Assembly (NCBI GenBank): GCA_965197655.1
Contig: OZ240220.1
Span: forward strand, 71,508 to 135,507
Source: Dehalococcoidia bacterium
GTDB lineage: Bacteria > Chloroflexota > Dehalococcoidia > Lucifugimonadales > UBA3495
Direction: 5' to 3'
Length of the DNA: 64,000 nt
A model generated the notes under the pieces. It saw only the letters and a list, made by a program, of their open reading frames with translations, had not been told where the DNA came from and ran no database searches. Below, in pieces: positions 26,646 to 36,299 of the stretch (its first letter is position 1; every line of letters begins with the position of its first letter). Made by a program: the position numbers and the translations under genes.

Positions 26646-27467
26646 CTAACCGTCAGTATTGGGCCGGTTCCGTTCTTCCACCCGCCGGGCGTAGGCCAGC
26701 AAGAAATGAACGTCCTGCACCGTATCTTCATAATAGTTTCCCACCTCGGTCAGGCGGGGCTGGCTGCTTTCCCGGCGATAACGCTGGGCGCCGGAGTATT
26801 GGGTGTATATATCCGGGTCAACGGAGAATTGGTAATCCGCCAACTGCGGGTCGATGCGGCGCAGGGTTCCCAGCAGGCGGCCTATGTTGTGGGTGTCACG
26901 CTCCGGGGTCGCGCCGTGGGCGATGATTGCCGCTTTCATCGCTCTTTCCAGGGCTTGCTGGGCCATCTGGCCGGCCGCGCGGTCAATTGGGTTGTTTTCA
27001 AATATGGTATTAAAGCCGGCAAGGTAATCCTGGGCGGCTTCAACGTGTTCGTCGTATTCGGGCCAGTCGTAGCGTTTTGGGAAACCCTCCGGTTGGTTGG
27101 CGTACTGGCTGGTGAATTCCTCCGGGCTATCCGACATTACAACTCCGGTGAGCAGGGCCTGGGTGCTGATGCTGTTGATGTAGGGCCGCCGGGAGTCAAA
27201 GGAGGCCCGGCGCATATATTCCAGTTGGAAGGGCACATCCCGTTGGTAGATAGCCTTGACGGTGGCCTGGGCGAAGTCCGCTGCCGCCATCTCGGTGTCG
27301 CTGTCCGGGTAGTCCTCGCAGACCAACAGCAGGTCAATGTCGGAGTGTTTGTCGTCATAATCACCCCGGCCGCGGGAGCCGAAAAGTATGGTGGCTTGGG
27401 GGTGTTCCCGGTCGTGTACCGCTTGGGCGACGGCAACGGCGCGGGGGTCGGCTGTTGCGCGGGTCAT
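26646..27467 (-). CDS. fused minimal nucleotidyltransferase (MNT) - HEPN domain protein
   Basis: 273 aa. N-terminal ILFGSRGRGDYDDKHSDIDLLLV is the GSxxRG...DxD pol-beta NTase motif. C-terminal AQQALERAMKAAIIAHGATPERDTHNIGRLLGTL resembles the HEPN helix with the conserved H-[DN]-[IL]..L. Confidence 0.7.
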   Translation of the reverse strand: MTRATADPRAVAVAQAVHDREHPQATILFGSRGRGDYDDKHSDIDLLLVCEDYPDSDTEMAAADFAQATVKAIYQRDVPFQLEYMRRASFDSRRPYINSISTQALLTGVVMSDSPEEFTSQYANQPEGFPKRYDWPEYDEHVEAAQDYLAGFNTIFENNPIDRAAGQMAQQALERAMKAAIIAHGATPERDTHNIGRLLGTLRRIDPQLADYQFSVDPDIYTQYSGAQRYRRESSQPRLTEVGNYYEDTVQDVHFLLAYARRVEERNRPNTDG

Positions 27468-27582
27468 ATTGTCGCCTCCCGGTGGTTGAGGTTATATATA
27501 TTATAGGGGAAATGGCTGCCGAGCGTTACCCAAAATGCCGGAAGCAACTGTTCAGAGTTGATGAGCTGTCTCTGCACTTATA

Positions 27583-27709
27583 CCGTCATTCCGGCGAAAG
27601 AACGTCACCCCGTACTCCGATACGGGGCCGGAATCCAGAGCGCCTTGTCGTAGGGAGCGTTGACCGATCCAGAGCATTTCCTGGATTCCGGCCGGCGCCG
27701 GAATGACGG
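27583..27709. repeat. ORF-less inverted pair of the GIY-YIG-cassette hairpin units
   Basis: CCGTCATTCCGGCGAAAG[25-nt insert]CCGGAATCCAGAG ... about 45 nt ... CTGGATTCCGGCCGGCGCCGGAATGACGG. These are the same units as 8834-8862 and 9174-9202, but with no gene between them. Confidence 0.75.
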
Positions 27710-27768
27710 TTCAGGCCGGAATAACCCCCGATACTGCACTGTTACTGCCGGAATTGCAGCATTGCCGG

Positions 27769-29448
27769 TTAAAAAGCCAACTCTCCCTGCTGTTCGCCGA
27801 AGACCTGGCGGAAGACCTGGCAAATCTCGCCCAGGGTACAGTAGTTTTCGATACATTCCAGGGTGACCGGCACGGTGTTATCGGCGCTGCGGGCTACCTC
27901 TTCCAGCCGGGCCAGGGATCCCTTGACCTGGGCGTTATCCCGTGCCTGGCGGAGGTGTGCCAGCCGCTCCGCCTGTTGGCGGGCCACCGCCGGGTCAACC
28001 CGCAGCAGGTTGCCGATGGGCGGCGTGTCGCTGACGTAGCGGTTGACCCCCACCACGGTACGTTCTCCGGCGTCCACTTCCCGCTGGTGGCGGTAGGCCG
28101 ACTCGCCAATCTCCAACACTTGAAAGCCCTGCTCAATGGCGGCTACGGCGCCGCCCAGCCGGTCAATGCGGCCAATATACTCCAGGGCCGCCTGCTCCAG
28201 TTGGTCGGTCAGGCTTTCCACGTACCAGGAGCCGCCCAGGGGGTCAACCACGTCGGCCACGCCGCTTTCGTGGGCGATTATCTGCTGGGTGCGGAGGGAA
28301 AGCTGGGCCGATTCCTCAGTAGGGAGACCGAGGGCCTCGTCCCGGGAATTGACGTGCAGGGACTGGGTGCCGCCCAGGATGGCGGCCAGGGCCTGTACCG
28401 TGCTGCGAATCAGGTTGTTGTCCGGCTGTTGGGCGGTGAGGGTTACGCCGGCGGTTTGAGTATGGAAGCGCAGCATCATGGAACGAGGGTCTTGCGCCCC
28501 GAACCGTTCCTGCATAATCGTGGCCCACATCCGCCGGGCCGCCCGGTACTTGGCGACCTCTTCCAGCAGATTGTTCTGGGCAACGAAGAAAAAGGAGAGG
28601 CGCGGCGCGAAGTCGTCCACCGCCAACCCGGCGTCCACCGCGGCCTGCACGTAGGCGATGGCGTTGGCAAAGGTAAAGGCCAGTTCCTGGACAGCGGTGG
28701 CCCCGGCCTCCCGCATATGGTAGCCGCTGATGCTGATAGTGTTCCAGCGGGGGATATGCTCGGCGCAATACTTGAAAACGTCCACCACCAGCCGCATCGA
28801 GGGCCGGGGCGGGTAGGCGTAGGTGCCCCGGGCAATGTATTCCTTGAGGATGTCGTTCTGGAGGGTGCCGTTCAACTGGTCCGGCGCTACGCCCTGGCCT
28901 TTGGCGGCGGCAATGTAGAGGCATAGCAGCGCCGAGGCAGTGGCGTTGATGGTCATAGAAGTGCTGACCCGGTCCAGGGGGATGCCGTCGAACAGGGTTT
29001 CCATGTCTTCCAGGCTGCAAATGGGGACGCCCACCTTGCCCACCTCGCCCCGGGATTGCGGGGCGTCGGAATCGTAGCCAATTTGGGTGGGCAGGTCAAA
29101 GGCCACCGACAGGCCGGTTTGGCCCTGTTCCAGCAGGTAGCGGAAGCGGCGGTTGGTGTCGGCGGCAGTGGCGTAGCCGGAATACTGGCGCATAGTCCAG
29201 ATACGGCCCCGATACATATTGGGCTGCACGCCCCGGGTATAGGGGTACTCTCCCGGAAAGCCTATTTCCGGTCCATCAACCGAATCTGCCTGGGGCAGGG
29301 CCGCCGGTCCAACCGGCCCATACAGCGGGTCAATGGGAATGCCGCTGTCGGTCTGAAACTGCTCCCGCCGTTCCGGGAATCGCCGGATAACGGGTTCCAA
29401 GGTATTCTTTTGCCAGTCGTCCCGGTTGTCTGATGTGTTGCCGGGCAT
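27769..29448 (-). CDS. methylmalonyl-CoA mutase large subunit (catalytic domain only)
   Basis: 559 aa. [36 protein letters not shown] and [16 protein letters not shown] are hallmarks of the acyl-CoA mutase TIM-barrel domain. It has no B12 domain. Confidence 0.93.
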   Translation of the reverse strand: MPGNTSDNRDDWQKNTLEPVIRRFPERREQFQTDSGIPIDPLYGPVGPAALPQADSVDGPEIGFPGEYPYTRGVQPNMYRGRIWTMRQYSGYATAADTNRRFRYLLEQGQTGLSVAFDLPTQIGYDSDAPQSRGEVGKVGVPICSLEDMETLFDGIPLDRVSTSMTINATASALLCLYIAAAKGQGVAPDQLNGTLQNDILKEYIARGTYAYPPRPSMRLVVDVFKYCAEHIPRWNTISISGYHMREAGATAVQELAFTFANAIAYVQAAVDAGLAVDDFAPRLSFFFVAQNNLLEEVAKYRAARRMWATIMQERFGAQDPRSMMLRFHTQTAGVTLTAQQPDNNLIRSTVQALAAILGGTQSLHVNSRDEALGLPTEESAQLSLRTQQIIAHESGVADVVDPLGGSWYVESLTDQLEQAALEYIGRIDRLGGAVAAIEQGFQVLEIGESAYRHQREVDAGERTVVGVNRYVSDTPPIGNLLRVDPAVARQQAERLAHLRQARDNAQVKGSLARLEEVARSADNTVPVTLECIENYCTLGEICQVFRQVFGEQQGELAF

Positions 29449-29535
29449 TTATTGTCTCCGGTGCTGTGTGGGTTACTGCGTTGGCTCCATTGTAACGTGA
29501 TTGGGGATAGCCCTCAAGCTGTTTGCCCTCACCCC

Positions 29536-29671
29536 CAGGGCAATCGCATCAAACGAAAGGACGGAGCACTGTCGTTCCTGCGGAGGCAGGAACCTCGGTT
29601 CTCAAGGTTTCAGGTTCCTGCCTCCGCAGGAACGACGGCTAGTGCCTCTTATGGTTCATGCGATAGCCCTG
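29536..29671. mobile_element. MITE type 1 copy
   Basis: TIRs CAGGGCAATCGCA / TGCGATAGCCCTG and a twin hairpin core. A perfect 9-bp CCTCACCCC lies on both sides (29527-29535 and 29672-29680). Confidence 0.88.
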
Positions 29672-29680
29672 CCTCACCCC

Positions 29681-29824
29681 TAGGGCTTGTGCAAAGTCCA
29701 CGGCAATAGCAAAATCCACTCATGGTGAGCTTGTCGAACCACGCTCTCCTATCCGGCGGTTTGTCCTTCGACTGGCTCAGGATGAGCGGATCGGCCAACT
29801 CGGGCGACTTTGCACCGGCCCGGC
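29681..29824. mobile_element. MITE type 2 copy
   Basis: Termini TAGGGCTTGTGCAAAGTC / GACTTTGCACCGGCCCGGC. The interior has CATGGTGAGCTTGTCGAACCA and CCTTCGACTGGCTCAGGATGAGCGG. A perfect 9-bp CCTCACCCC lies on both sides (29672-29680 and 29825-29833). Confidence 0.85.
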
Positions 29825-29901
29825 CCTCACCCCCGGCCCCTCTCCCCCAGGGAGAGGGGTGAAACTGCTCCCTCTCCTTGGGGAGAGGGCCGGGGTGAGG
29901 G
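29825..29901. repeat. GGGTGAGGG/GGAGAGGGG palindromic element, copy 1 (left arm interrupted by the two MITEs)
   Basis: CCTCACCCCCGGCCCCTCTCCCCCAGGGAGAGGGGTGAAACTGCTCCCTCTCCTTGGGGAGAGGGCCGGGGTGAGGGG. The start of the left arm is displaced to about 29525-29535. Confidence 0.8.
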
Positions 29902-30052
29902 GTCTGCCCTACGGCAATGACGGGTGGCGAACCAGGGCAGCCACAAGGGTTGCCCCTACGCCGGGAGGGACGTTATACTAGCGCAAACCCCTCCTTTGCA
30001 GGTCAGCCAGCCGTCGGCCTCTGGCCGGCGGTATTATCTTGTTAAGGGATAG

Positions 30053-31060
30053 ATGAGTAAGAAAGAAGTATTGGTGGTAGGTGGCGGCACCGGCAACCAC
30101 ACTACCCTCACCGGGCTACGGAACGAGGACTGCAACCTGGCCGCTGTCGTTGCAATGACCGACAGCGGGGGCAGTTCCGGGCGGCTGCGGGAGGAGTTGG
30201 GCCAACTGCCACCGGGGGACATCCGGCAGTGCTTGATGGCCTTGGCTGCGGAAAATACCCAGGGCAACCTGATGCGCCGCCTCTTTGATTACCGCTTCAG
30301 TTCCGGCAACGGCCTGAGCGGCCACAACTTTGGCAACCTGCTGCTGACCGCCCTCACCGAGGTCACCGGAAACACCATCACCGCCATTGAAGAGGCGTCC
30401 CAGATGTTGGGGATTAGAGGCAAGGTGCTGCCGGTTACTCTTACCCATTCTACCCTGGTGGCCCGGCTGGAAAACGGCGAGGAACTTTTCGGGGAATCGG
30501 TTATTGACCTGCGCCGGGACAACCTGGACGTGGGCATTGACTACATCCGGCTTGACCCCAAGGCATATGTTTACCCGCCGGTGCTGGAGGCGATTGAAAG
30601 GGCTGACGCTATCATACTGGGGCCGGGTGACATCTATACCAGTGTCCTGCCCAACCTGTTGGTGGAGGACGTGGCCGAGGCGATAAGCGCCTCCACTGCG
30701 GTCAAGATTCATATCTGTAACCTGATGACCAAGCCGGGGGAGTCGGATGGGTTCAAGGCTTCCACCTTCGTCAAGTTATTGATGGATTACCTGGGCACCG
30801 GCGACCCGTTGGACTACCTGATATTCAACGACAGCCCTTTTCCCCAGCGGTTGTTGTCCCGCTACGCCGCCGACCGGCAGTACCCGGTGGAACTGGACCT
30901 GGAAGAATGTTCCCAGGTGGCTAAGGAAATAGTGACCTGTCCGGTGCTGGCCTCCGGCGTCTATCTCCGTCACGACTCCAACGCCCTGGCCCGTGCCATA
31001 ATGGAGATAGTCAACCGTCCCATCCCCGGCGCGGAACCGGAATCGGCCAACGCCGGTTAA
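30053..31060 (+). CDS. YvcK/CofD-family (gluconeogenesis factor / 2-phospho-L-lactate transferase-like) protein
   Basis: VVGGGTGNHTTLTGL, AVVAMTDSGGSSGRLREELGQLPPGDIRQC and ILGPGDIYTSVLPNL are family motifs. Confidence 0.85.
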   Translation: MSKKEVLVVGGGTGNHTTLTGLRNEDCNLAAVVAMTDSGGSSGRLREELGQLPPGDIRQCLMALAAENTQGNLMRRLFDYRFSSGNGLSGHNFGNLLLTALTEVTGNTITAIEEASQMLGIRGKVLPVTLTHSTLVARLENGEELFGESVIDLRRDNLDVGIDYIRLDPKAYVYPPVLEAIERADAIILGPGDIYTSVLPNLLVEDVAEAISASTAVKIHICNLMTKPGESDGFKASTFVKLLMDYLGTGDPLDYLIFNDSPFPQRLLSRYAADRQYPVELDLEECSQVAKEIVTCPVLASGVYLRHDSNALARAIMEIVNRPIPGAEPESANAG

Positions 31061-31142
31061 GGTCTGTGGCTGTCGGGATACTCATTTAGAGTCTGACTCT
31101 GGGTGGCCCGGTAATTCCCCCTCGATTTTCCCCGGAGGCGAT

Positions 31143-33014
31143 GTGTGCGGCATTGTAGGATATGTGGGCAGCCAGCCGGCCTGGCCCATCGTTCTGGAGG
31201 GCTTGCAACGGCTGGAATACCGGGGCTATGACAGCGCCGGCATTGCGGTGCTGCAAACCCTCCAAAACGATGGGCCAGGCCGGCTGCATCTCCGCAAAAC
31301 GGTCGGCAAGGTTGAAGGGCTGACCAACGGCGCCCAGGCCGGTTTCCCCGAAGGCACGGTTGGCCTGGGGCATACCCGCTGGGCCACTCACGGCCCACCC
31401 TCCGATGCCAACGCTCATCCCCTGACCGAATGCGGCCAGCAAGTAGCCGTGGTGCATAACGGCATCGTGGAAAACTTCCTGGAACTGAAACACGGCCTCC
31501 GGGATAGAGGACATACTTTTTCCTCGGAGACGGATACCGAAGTCATCGCCCACTTGATCGAGGAAGGCATGGCCCAGGGACTCGGCTTTGCCGACGCCTT
31601 CCGGGGCATGGGCAAACTGTTGGAAGGGTCCCAGGCCGTTGCCGCTATTTACCAGGGCGAGCCGGATAAGCTATGCGCGCTGCGGCTGGGCCATGCCGGC
31701 GGAATCGTCATTGCCCACCGGGACGGCCAGGGCATAGTCGGCAGCGACTTGCCGGCGGCGCTGCCCATCCTGCGCCACCGGCCCGGACCGGTAGGCTTCC
31801 TGGAATCCGGGGAGATGGCGGAAGTTACCCGGGAGGGAGTGATATTTTCCGACCTGCAAGGCAAGACCCTCAACAAGCAACTCCGCAACGTATTACCGGA
31901 AGATGTGCTGGTGGACCGGGGCGGCTACCGCCACTTTATGCTCAAGGAGATAATGGAGCAGCCCCAAGCAGTGGCCGGCGCCCTGCGGGGACGGGTCAAC
32001 TTTGAGGCCGGCCGGGTGGAACTGCCCGATTTCCCCTTGACGGACCAGGAAATCAAGGACTTGCAGCGGGTGGTGCTGATTGGCTGCGGCACCAGCCTTA
32101 ACGCCGCCCAGGTAGGACGTCACTTTACGGAGCGGTTTGCCGGGTTGCCCGCCGAGGTAGAAAGCGCTTCCGAGTATCGCTATCGCGAGCCGATTCTGGA
32201 CCGGAATACTTTGGTAGTAGCCATCAGCCAGTCGGGGGAAACGGCGGACACCGTGGCGGCGATGCAGGAGGCGCAGCAGCGGGGGGCGCGCCTGCTGGCG
32301 ATTTGCAATGCCGAGGAAAGCCAGGCGGCGCGTCTGGCCGGTGGCGCCCTCTATATGGGTTCTGGCCTGGAAATTGGCGTTGCCAGCACCAAGACTTTTA
32401 CCGCCTCCCTGACACTGCTGCACTTATTGGCGATTTACCTGGGCCAGGCCCGCGGGCATTTGTCCCCGGAGGATACCCGGTTGCTGCTGACCGACCTGGC
32501 CCGGTGTCCCCGCCTGATTGGGGAAATGCTGGCCGACCTTTCCGAGTACCAACGGCTGGCCCGCAAGTTCAGCGACTATAATGGTTTTCTCTACTTGGGT
32601 CGGGGCATAAACGCGGCCATCGCCCAGGAGGGAGCGCTGAAGCTCAAGGAAATTAGCTATATCCACGCCGAGGGCTATCCCGCCGGCGAAATGAAACACG
32701 GCCCCATCGCCCTGATTGACCGGGAAATGGCGACCCTGGCCCTGGCCCCCCGGGACAGCCTGTATGACAAAATGGTGGGTAACATCTTGGAGGTCAAGGC
32801 CCGGGAGGGGGTAGTGCTAGGCGTACTTACCGAAGGCGATACCGAGCTTGCCGGCCAGGTGGATGAGGCGCTGTACCTGCCGCTGGCGCCGGAGCATCTA
32901 TCGCCCCTGCTGGCAACCATACCCTTGCAGTTGCTGGCCTACCATATAGCTCTGCTCCGGGGCTGCGACGTTGACCAGCCCCGCAACCTCGCCAAGTCGG
33001 TGACGGTGGAGTAG
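31143..33014 (+). CDS. glmS: glutamine--fructose-6-phosphate aminotransferase
   Basis: MCGIVGYVG N-terminal nucleophile, two SIS domains and C-terminal DQPRNLAKSVTVE. Confidence 0.96.
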   Translation: MCGIVGYVGSQPAWPIVLEGLQRLEYRGYDSAGIAVLQTLQNDGPGRLHLRKTVGKVEGLTNGAQAGFPEGTVGLGHTRWATHGPPSDANAHPLTECGQQVAVVHNGIVENFLELKHGLRDRGHTFSSETDTEVIAHLIEEGMAQGLGFADAFRGMGKLLEGSQAVAAIYQGEPDKLCALRLGHAGGIVIAHRDGQGIVGSDLPAALPILRHRPGPVGFLESGEMAEVTREGVIFSDLQGKTLNKQLRNVLPEDVLVDRGGYRHFMLKEIMEQPQAVAGALRGRVNFEAGRVELPDFPLTDQEIKDLQRVVLIGCGTSLNAAQVGRHFTERFAGLPAEVESASEYRYREPILDRNTLVVAISQSGETADTVAAMQEAQQRGARLLAICNAEESQAARLAGGALYMGSGLEIGVASTKTFTASLTLLHLLAIYLGQARGHLSPEDTRLLLTDLARCPRLIGEMLADLSEYQRLARKFSDYNGFLYLGRGINAAIAQEGALKLKEISYIHAEGYPAGEMKHGPIALIDREMATLALAPRDSLYDKMVGNILEVKAREGVVLGVLTEGDTELAGQVDEALYLPLAPEHLSPLLATIPLQLLAYHIALLRGCDVDQPRNLAKSVTVE

Positions 33015-33148
33015 CCGGGCTATCGCATTTGGATTGCGGGTTATCCGTCGTTCCTGCGAAAGCAGGAACCTGAAAGGTTGAGGACCGAGACTCCTGCTTT
33101 CACAGGAACGACGGTAAAGGCCCTTCACCGTCAAGTGGGACTGCTGAG
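33015..33148. mobile_element. MITE type 1 copy (right terminus degenerate)
   Basis: It starts CCGGGCTATCGCA directly after the glmS stop and has a twin hairpin core. It is flanked by GTGGAGTAG (33006-33014, which includes the glmS TAG) and GTGGAATAG (33149-33157). Confidence 0.75.
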
Positions 33149-33497
33149 GTGGAATAGGCTGCCCGGTTTCCAGATCCTCCGTAATTGTTACCGTTTCTTA
33201 ACATATATGCCACATAAATACCTCGACCCGGAAGGGTGGTGGGTGTAGAGTAGAGCAACATCCTCCAAGCGGCCGACGGTTAGACTGCTTGCCGGTATCC
33301 CGCCGAACAATTTCCCGCGTTCTTTCGCAGCAAATCGTCCGCTATGCGGCCCGATTTCCGACGCTGCGAAAAAGTGGTCAACAACCGTCTTGCAAATTAT
33401 TGCAGGCCGGACGGCGGCGGTGGAATAATGGCAGAGTTTCTTGGTCAATTTAATCAAGCTCCCCTCCGTCGGGCGCTGTTAGCAGGTAAATGCCTTA

Positions 33498-34865
33498 ATG
33501 TTATTGAGAATCACCCACCCGGAAATCACCCTTGACCACTATTCATCCCTTTTGACCGCGGACTTATTGGAAGACCTGACCCGGCTGGCCGCAGAGTTTC
33601 AGGGAATGCGCTTCGTCCACGCCAACAGCACCGCCATCGGGGGCGGTGTAGCGGAGATCCTCCAATCCCTGGTCCCGCTGATGAACTCGTTGGGCGTTGC
33701 CACTGAGCGTTTGGTGATAAGCCCGACTGAACCCAAGTTTTTTCAGGTAACCAAGCGGATTCACAACCTGCTCCAGGGGGCCGAGGGTTCCTTGTCCGCC
33801 GAGGAACTGGAGGTCTATTTCCGGTGCATTGGAGAGATTGCCGAGGACATTCAGGAGCGGAAACTGGAAGCCGATGTTTGGTTTCTCCATGACCCCCAGT
33901 TGTTGCCCTTAGCCTCTTTGTTGCCCCGGCAGGCCGAGGAACTCCGGTACTGGGTCTGCCACATCGACCTGACCGCGCCCAACCCCCAAGTGCTGGAGGT
34001 GTTGGCGCCCTTGACCGGACACTATGACGGGTTGGCCTTTTCCCTGCCCGATTTCGTGCCGGCCGAGTTGGACGGGGAAACGCCGGTTTTTATCACACCG
34101 CCGTCTATTGACCCCTTGACTACCAAGAATATGCCGATGAGCCGGGAAGAGGCGCTGGGAATAGTTGCGGCGATGGGTGTTGACCCGGAGCGGCCACTGA
34201 TTACCCAGGTATCCCGGTTTGACTACTGGAAAGACCCCTGGGGAGTGATTGACGCCTACCGTCAGGCCCGGCAGGAGGCGCCGGGGTTGCAGTTGGCCTT
34301 GCTGGGGCTGAGCCAGGCCGCCGATGACCCGGAGGCTCTGGACGTGCTGAACAGCATCACGGAATACGCCGCCGGCGACCCGGACATCCATTCCTACTTC
34401 TATCCCACCGACTTGCCCGACACGATTGACCGGATCGTTAATGCCTTCCAGACGGCATCGCTGGTGGTGATGCAAAAGTCCACGCGGGAGGGCTTTGGCC
34501 TGACCGTTTCCGAGGCGATGTGGAAGGGCCGGGCTGTCATCGGCGGCAACGTGGGCGGCATCCGGGTGCAAATTGAGGATGGCGTCAACGGCTACCTGGT
34601 GGACTCGCCGGCGGAATGCGGCCGGCGCATTGTGCAGTTGCTGCAAAGCCCAGAGTTGCGGGAAAGCATTGGCAAAGCCGCGCGGGAGCGGGTGCGCCGG
34701 GATTTCCTGCTGCCCCGGCTGGCCCTGGACTATCTGCAAGCGGCCCGGGCCGGCTTGCCGGAATTGCCGCGCTGTTACACCAACGGCGCTAACGGGTATC
34801 ATCCCACCGCCTTTGACGAACTGGAGCAGTTGCGGATTTCCGGTTCTGCGGTAATTCAAGCCTAA
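33498..34865 (+). CDS. GT4 glycosyltransferase, trehalose synthase (TreT)-like
   Basis: 455 aa. HANSTAIGGGVAEILQSLVPLMNSLG...FFQVTKRIHNLLQG resembles, from memory, the TreT-type N-terminus. The C-terminal half has the GT-B E..EGFGLTVSEAMWKG motif. Confidence 0.7.
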   Translation: MLLRITHPEITLDHYSSLLTADLLEDLTRLAAEFQGMRFVHANSTAIGGGVAEILQSLVPLMNSLGVATERLVISPTEPKFFQVTKRIHNLLQGAEGSLSAEELEVYFRCIGEIAEDIQERKLEADVWFLHDPQLLPLASLLPRQAEELRYWVCHIDLTAPNPQVLEVLAPLTGHYDGLAFSLPDFVPAELDGETPVFITPPSIDPLTTKNMPMSREEALGIVAAMGVDPERPLITQVSRFDYWKDPWGVIDAYRQARQEAPGLQLALLGLSQAADDPEALDVLNSITEYAAGDPDIHSYFYPTDLPDTIDRIVNAFQTASLVVMQKSTREGFGLTVSEAMWKGRAVIGGNVGGIRVQIEDGVNGYLVDSPAECGRRIVQLLQSPELRESIGKAARERVRRDFLLPRLALDYLQAARAGLPELPRCYTNGANGYHPTAFDELEQLRISGSAVIQA

Positions 34866-34896
34866 AACCCGGCGACAGTCGATCAGCCGGCGTATT

Positions 34897-34936
34897 AGCC
34901 ACCCCTTCATTGTTTTGAGGGGGTGGCTCCTTTTCG
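34897..34936 (+). terminator. rho-independent terminator after the GT4 gene
   Basis: AGCCACCCC / GGGGTGGCT stem followed by CCTTTTCG. Confidence 0.55.
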
Positions 34937-34951
34937 CGCTGGCTCGGAACC

Positions 34952-35086
34952 CAGGGCTATCTCATTTGGATTGCGGGCTATCCGTCGTTCCGGTGCAAGC
35001 AGGAACCTCTGTCAGCAACGTTTTGGGTTCCTGCCTCCGCCGGAATGACGGGAAAAGGGCCTTTAGAGTCAACTGCGATTGCCCTG
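34952..35086. mobile_element. MITE type 1 copy with hybrid hairpin units
   Basis: TIRs CAGGGCTATCTCA / TGCGATTGCCCTG. The core units mix the GGAAC type and the CCGGAATGACGG type. No flanking duplication is recognisable. Confidence 0.7.
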
Positions 35087-35253
35087 GCGCTGAGCTGAAA
35101 CCGATTGCCTAAAATTCGCCTTACCCCTATAATTCGCTACCGGCGTCCTACGCTGCCAGGGTGAATAATTAGCCAATTGCCCCGGCATCGGCCCGTTGCT
35201 ATACTCTCCGGCGATTAGGTTGTCCAGCTTAGCGAGGATTTTACGGTTCAGTT

Positions 35254-36183
35254 ATGCCCGATTTTCAGCCAATAGAGGTAATGGCGCCGGCCACCACGGC
35301 CAACCTGGGGCCGGGGTTCGACTGCCTGGGCATGGCCCTGGACTTGTGGAACCGGCTGGAGGTGCTGCCAGTCGAACCGGGCGCTGAAGGTGTACCCGCC
35401 GTAGAAGTTATCGGCGAGGGCGTTGGCGAGTTGGCAGCCGACTCCGGCAACCTGACTTACCGGGCGATGCAGTTCCTCTTTGACGAAGCCGCTCTGGAAA
35501 TGCCGCCGCTCCGGTTGCGCTGCCACAACACCATACCCTTGAGCCGGGGCCTGGGCAGCAGCGCCGCTGCCATTTCCGGGGGACTGGTCGCGGCTAATAC
35601 CTTGTGCGGCAATCCCTATTCGCCCAACGAACTGCTGGAAATGGCGGCGACCATCGAGGGTCACCCGGATAACGTGGCCGCCGCGGTTCTGGGCGGGTTG
35701 CAGTTGGTGGTTTCCGACGGGCCGCAGCTATACACGGCCCCGATACCGGCCCCTCCGGAGTTGCACACGGTGTTGTTCATACCGGAGACCCGCATCGCCA
35801 CCACTGACGCGCGGGCGGTGTTGCCCAAGCAGGTGAGCGTAGCCGACGCCGTGTTTAATATGGGCCGGGTGGCCCTGCTGGTAGCGGGTATGGGATTGAA
35901 CCGCACCCAATATTTTGAGGTGGCTACCCAGGACCGGCTGCACCAGCCCTACCGTCAGCCCCTCTTTCCGGCGGTTAAGGTGATATTTGCGGCAGCCCGG
36001 GCCGCCGGCGCGCTGGGTGTCTTTGTTTCGGGTAGCGGCTCTACTATTCTGGCCCTGACCGAGGGGCGGGAAATGACGGTGGCCTACGAGATGTTTGAGG
36101 CGGCGCGCCTAACCGGAGTTCCCGGCCGGCTGGAAATAACCAAGCCGACGGGCCGGGGCGCCCACGTAGTAAACAGCGGGTAG
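35254..36183 (+). CDS. thrB: homoserine kinase
   Basis: ATTANLGPGFDCLG and GHMP motif PLSRGLGSSAAA, next to lysC. Confidence 0.9.
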   Translation: MPDFQPIEVMAPATTANLGPGFDCLGMALDLWNRLEVLPVEPGAEGVPAVEVIGEGVGELAADSGNLTYRAMQFLFDEAALEMPPLRLRCHNTIPLSRGLGSSAAAISGGLVAANTLCGNPYSPNELLEMAATIEGHPDNVAAAVLGGLQLVVSDGPQLYTAPIPAPPELHTVLFIPETRIATTDARAVLPKQVSVADAVFNMGRVALLVAGMGLNRTQYFEVATQDRLHQPYRQPLFPAVKVIFAAARAAGALGVFVSGSGSTILALTEGREMTVAYEMFEAARLTGVPGRLEITKPTGRGAHVVNSG

Positions 36184-36187
36184 GTCA

Positions 36188-36268
36188 GCCCTCACCCCGG
36201 CCCTCTCCCCAAAGGAGAGGGAGCATTATCACCCCTCTCCCCCTGGGAGAGGGGCCGGGGGTGAGGGT
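36188..36268. repeat. GGGTGAGGG/GGAGAGGGG palindromic element, copy 2 (inverted orientation)
   Basis: GCCCTCACCCCGGCCCTCTCCCCAAAGGAGAGGGAGCATTATCACCCCTCTCCCCCTGGGAGAGGGGCCGGGGGTGAGGGT. Confidence 0.8.
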
Positions 36269-36299
36269 ATCCCAAGCAATTTGTAGAGGTAGCATTAGA

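Noticed and set aside
27703-28926. Long ORFs antisense to well-supported genes. Examples: 27703-28926 (+) opposite the mutase, 48206-49486 (+) opposite polA, 59325-61049 (-) opposite the PEPCK-like gene, 33909-34910 (-) opposite the GT4 gene, 25762-26649 (+), 26619-27506 (+), 10816-11760 (-), 7632-8615 (-), 4679-5704 (-) and 3608-4408 (-).
   Set aside because: Their translations are Arg/Gly/Pro/Ala/His-rich low-complexity strings with no recognisable motifs. The opposite strand encodes proteins with clear family signatures. Stop-codon-poor antisense frames are expected at this GC content.
31061-31142. Possible glmS ribozyme upstream of glmS.
   Set aside because: Only about 80 nt separate the yvcK-like stop from the glmS start. 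That is too short for the roughly 170-nt ribozyme, and I could not see its conserved core.
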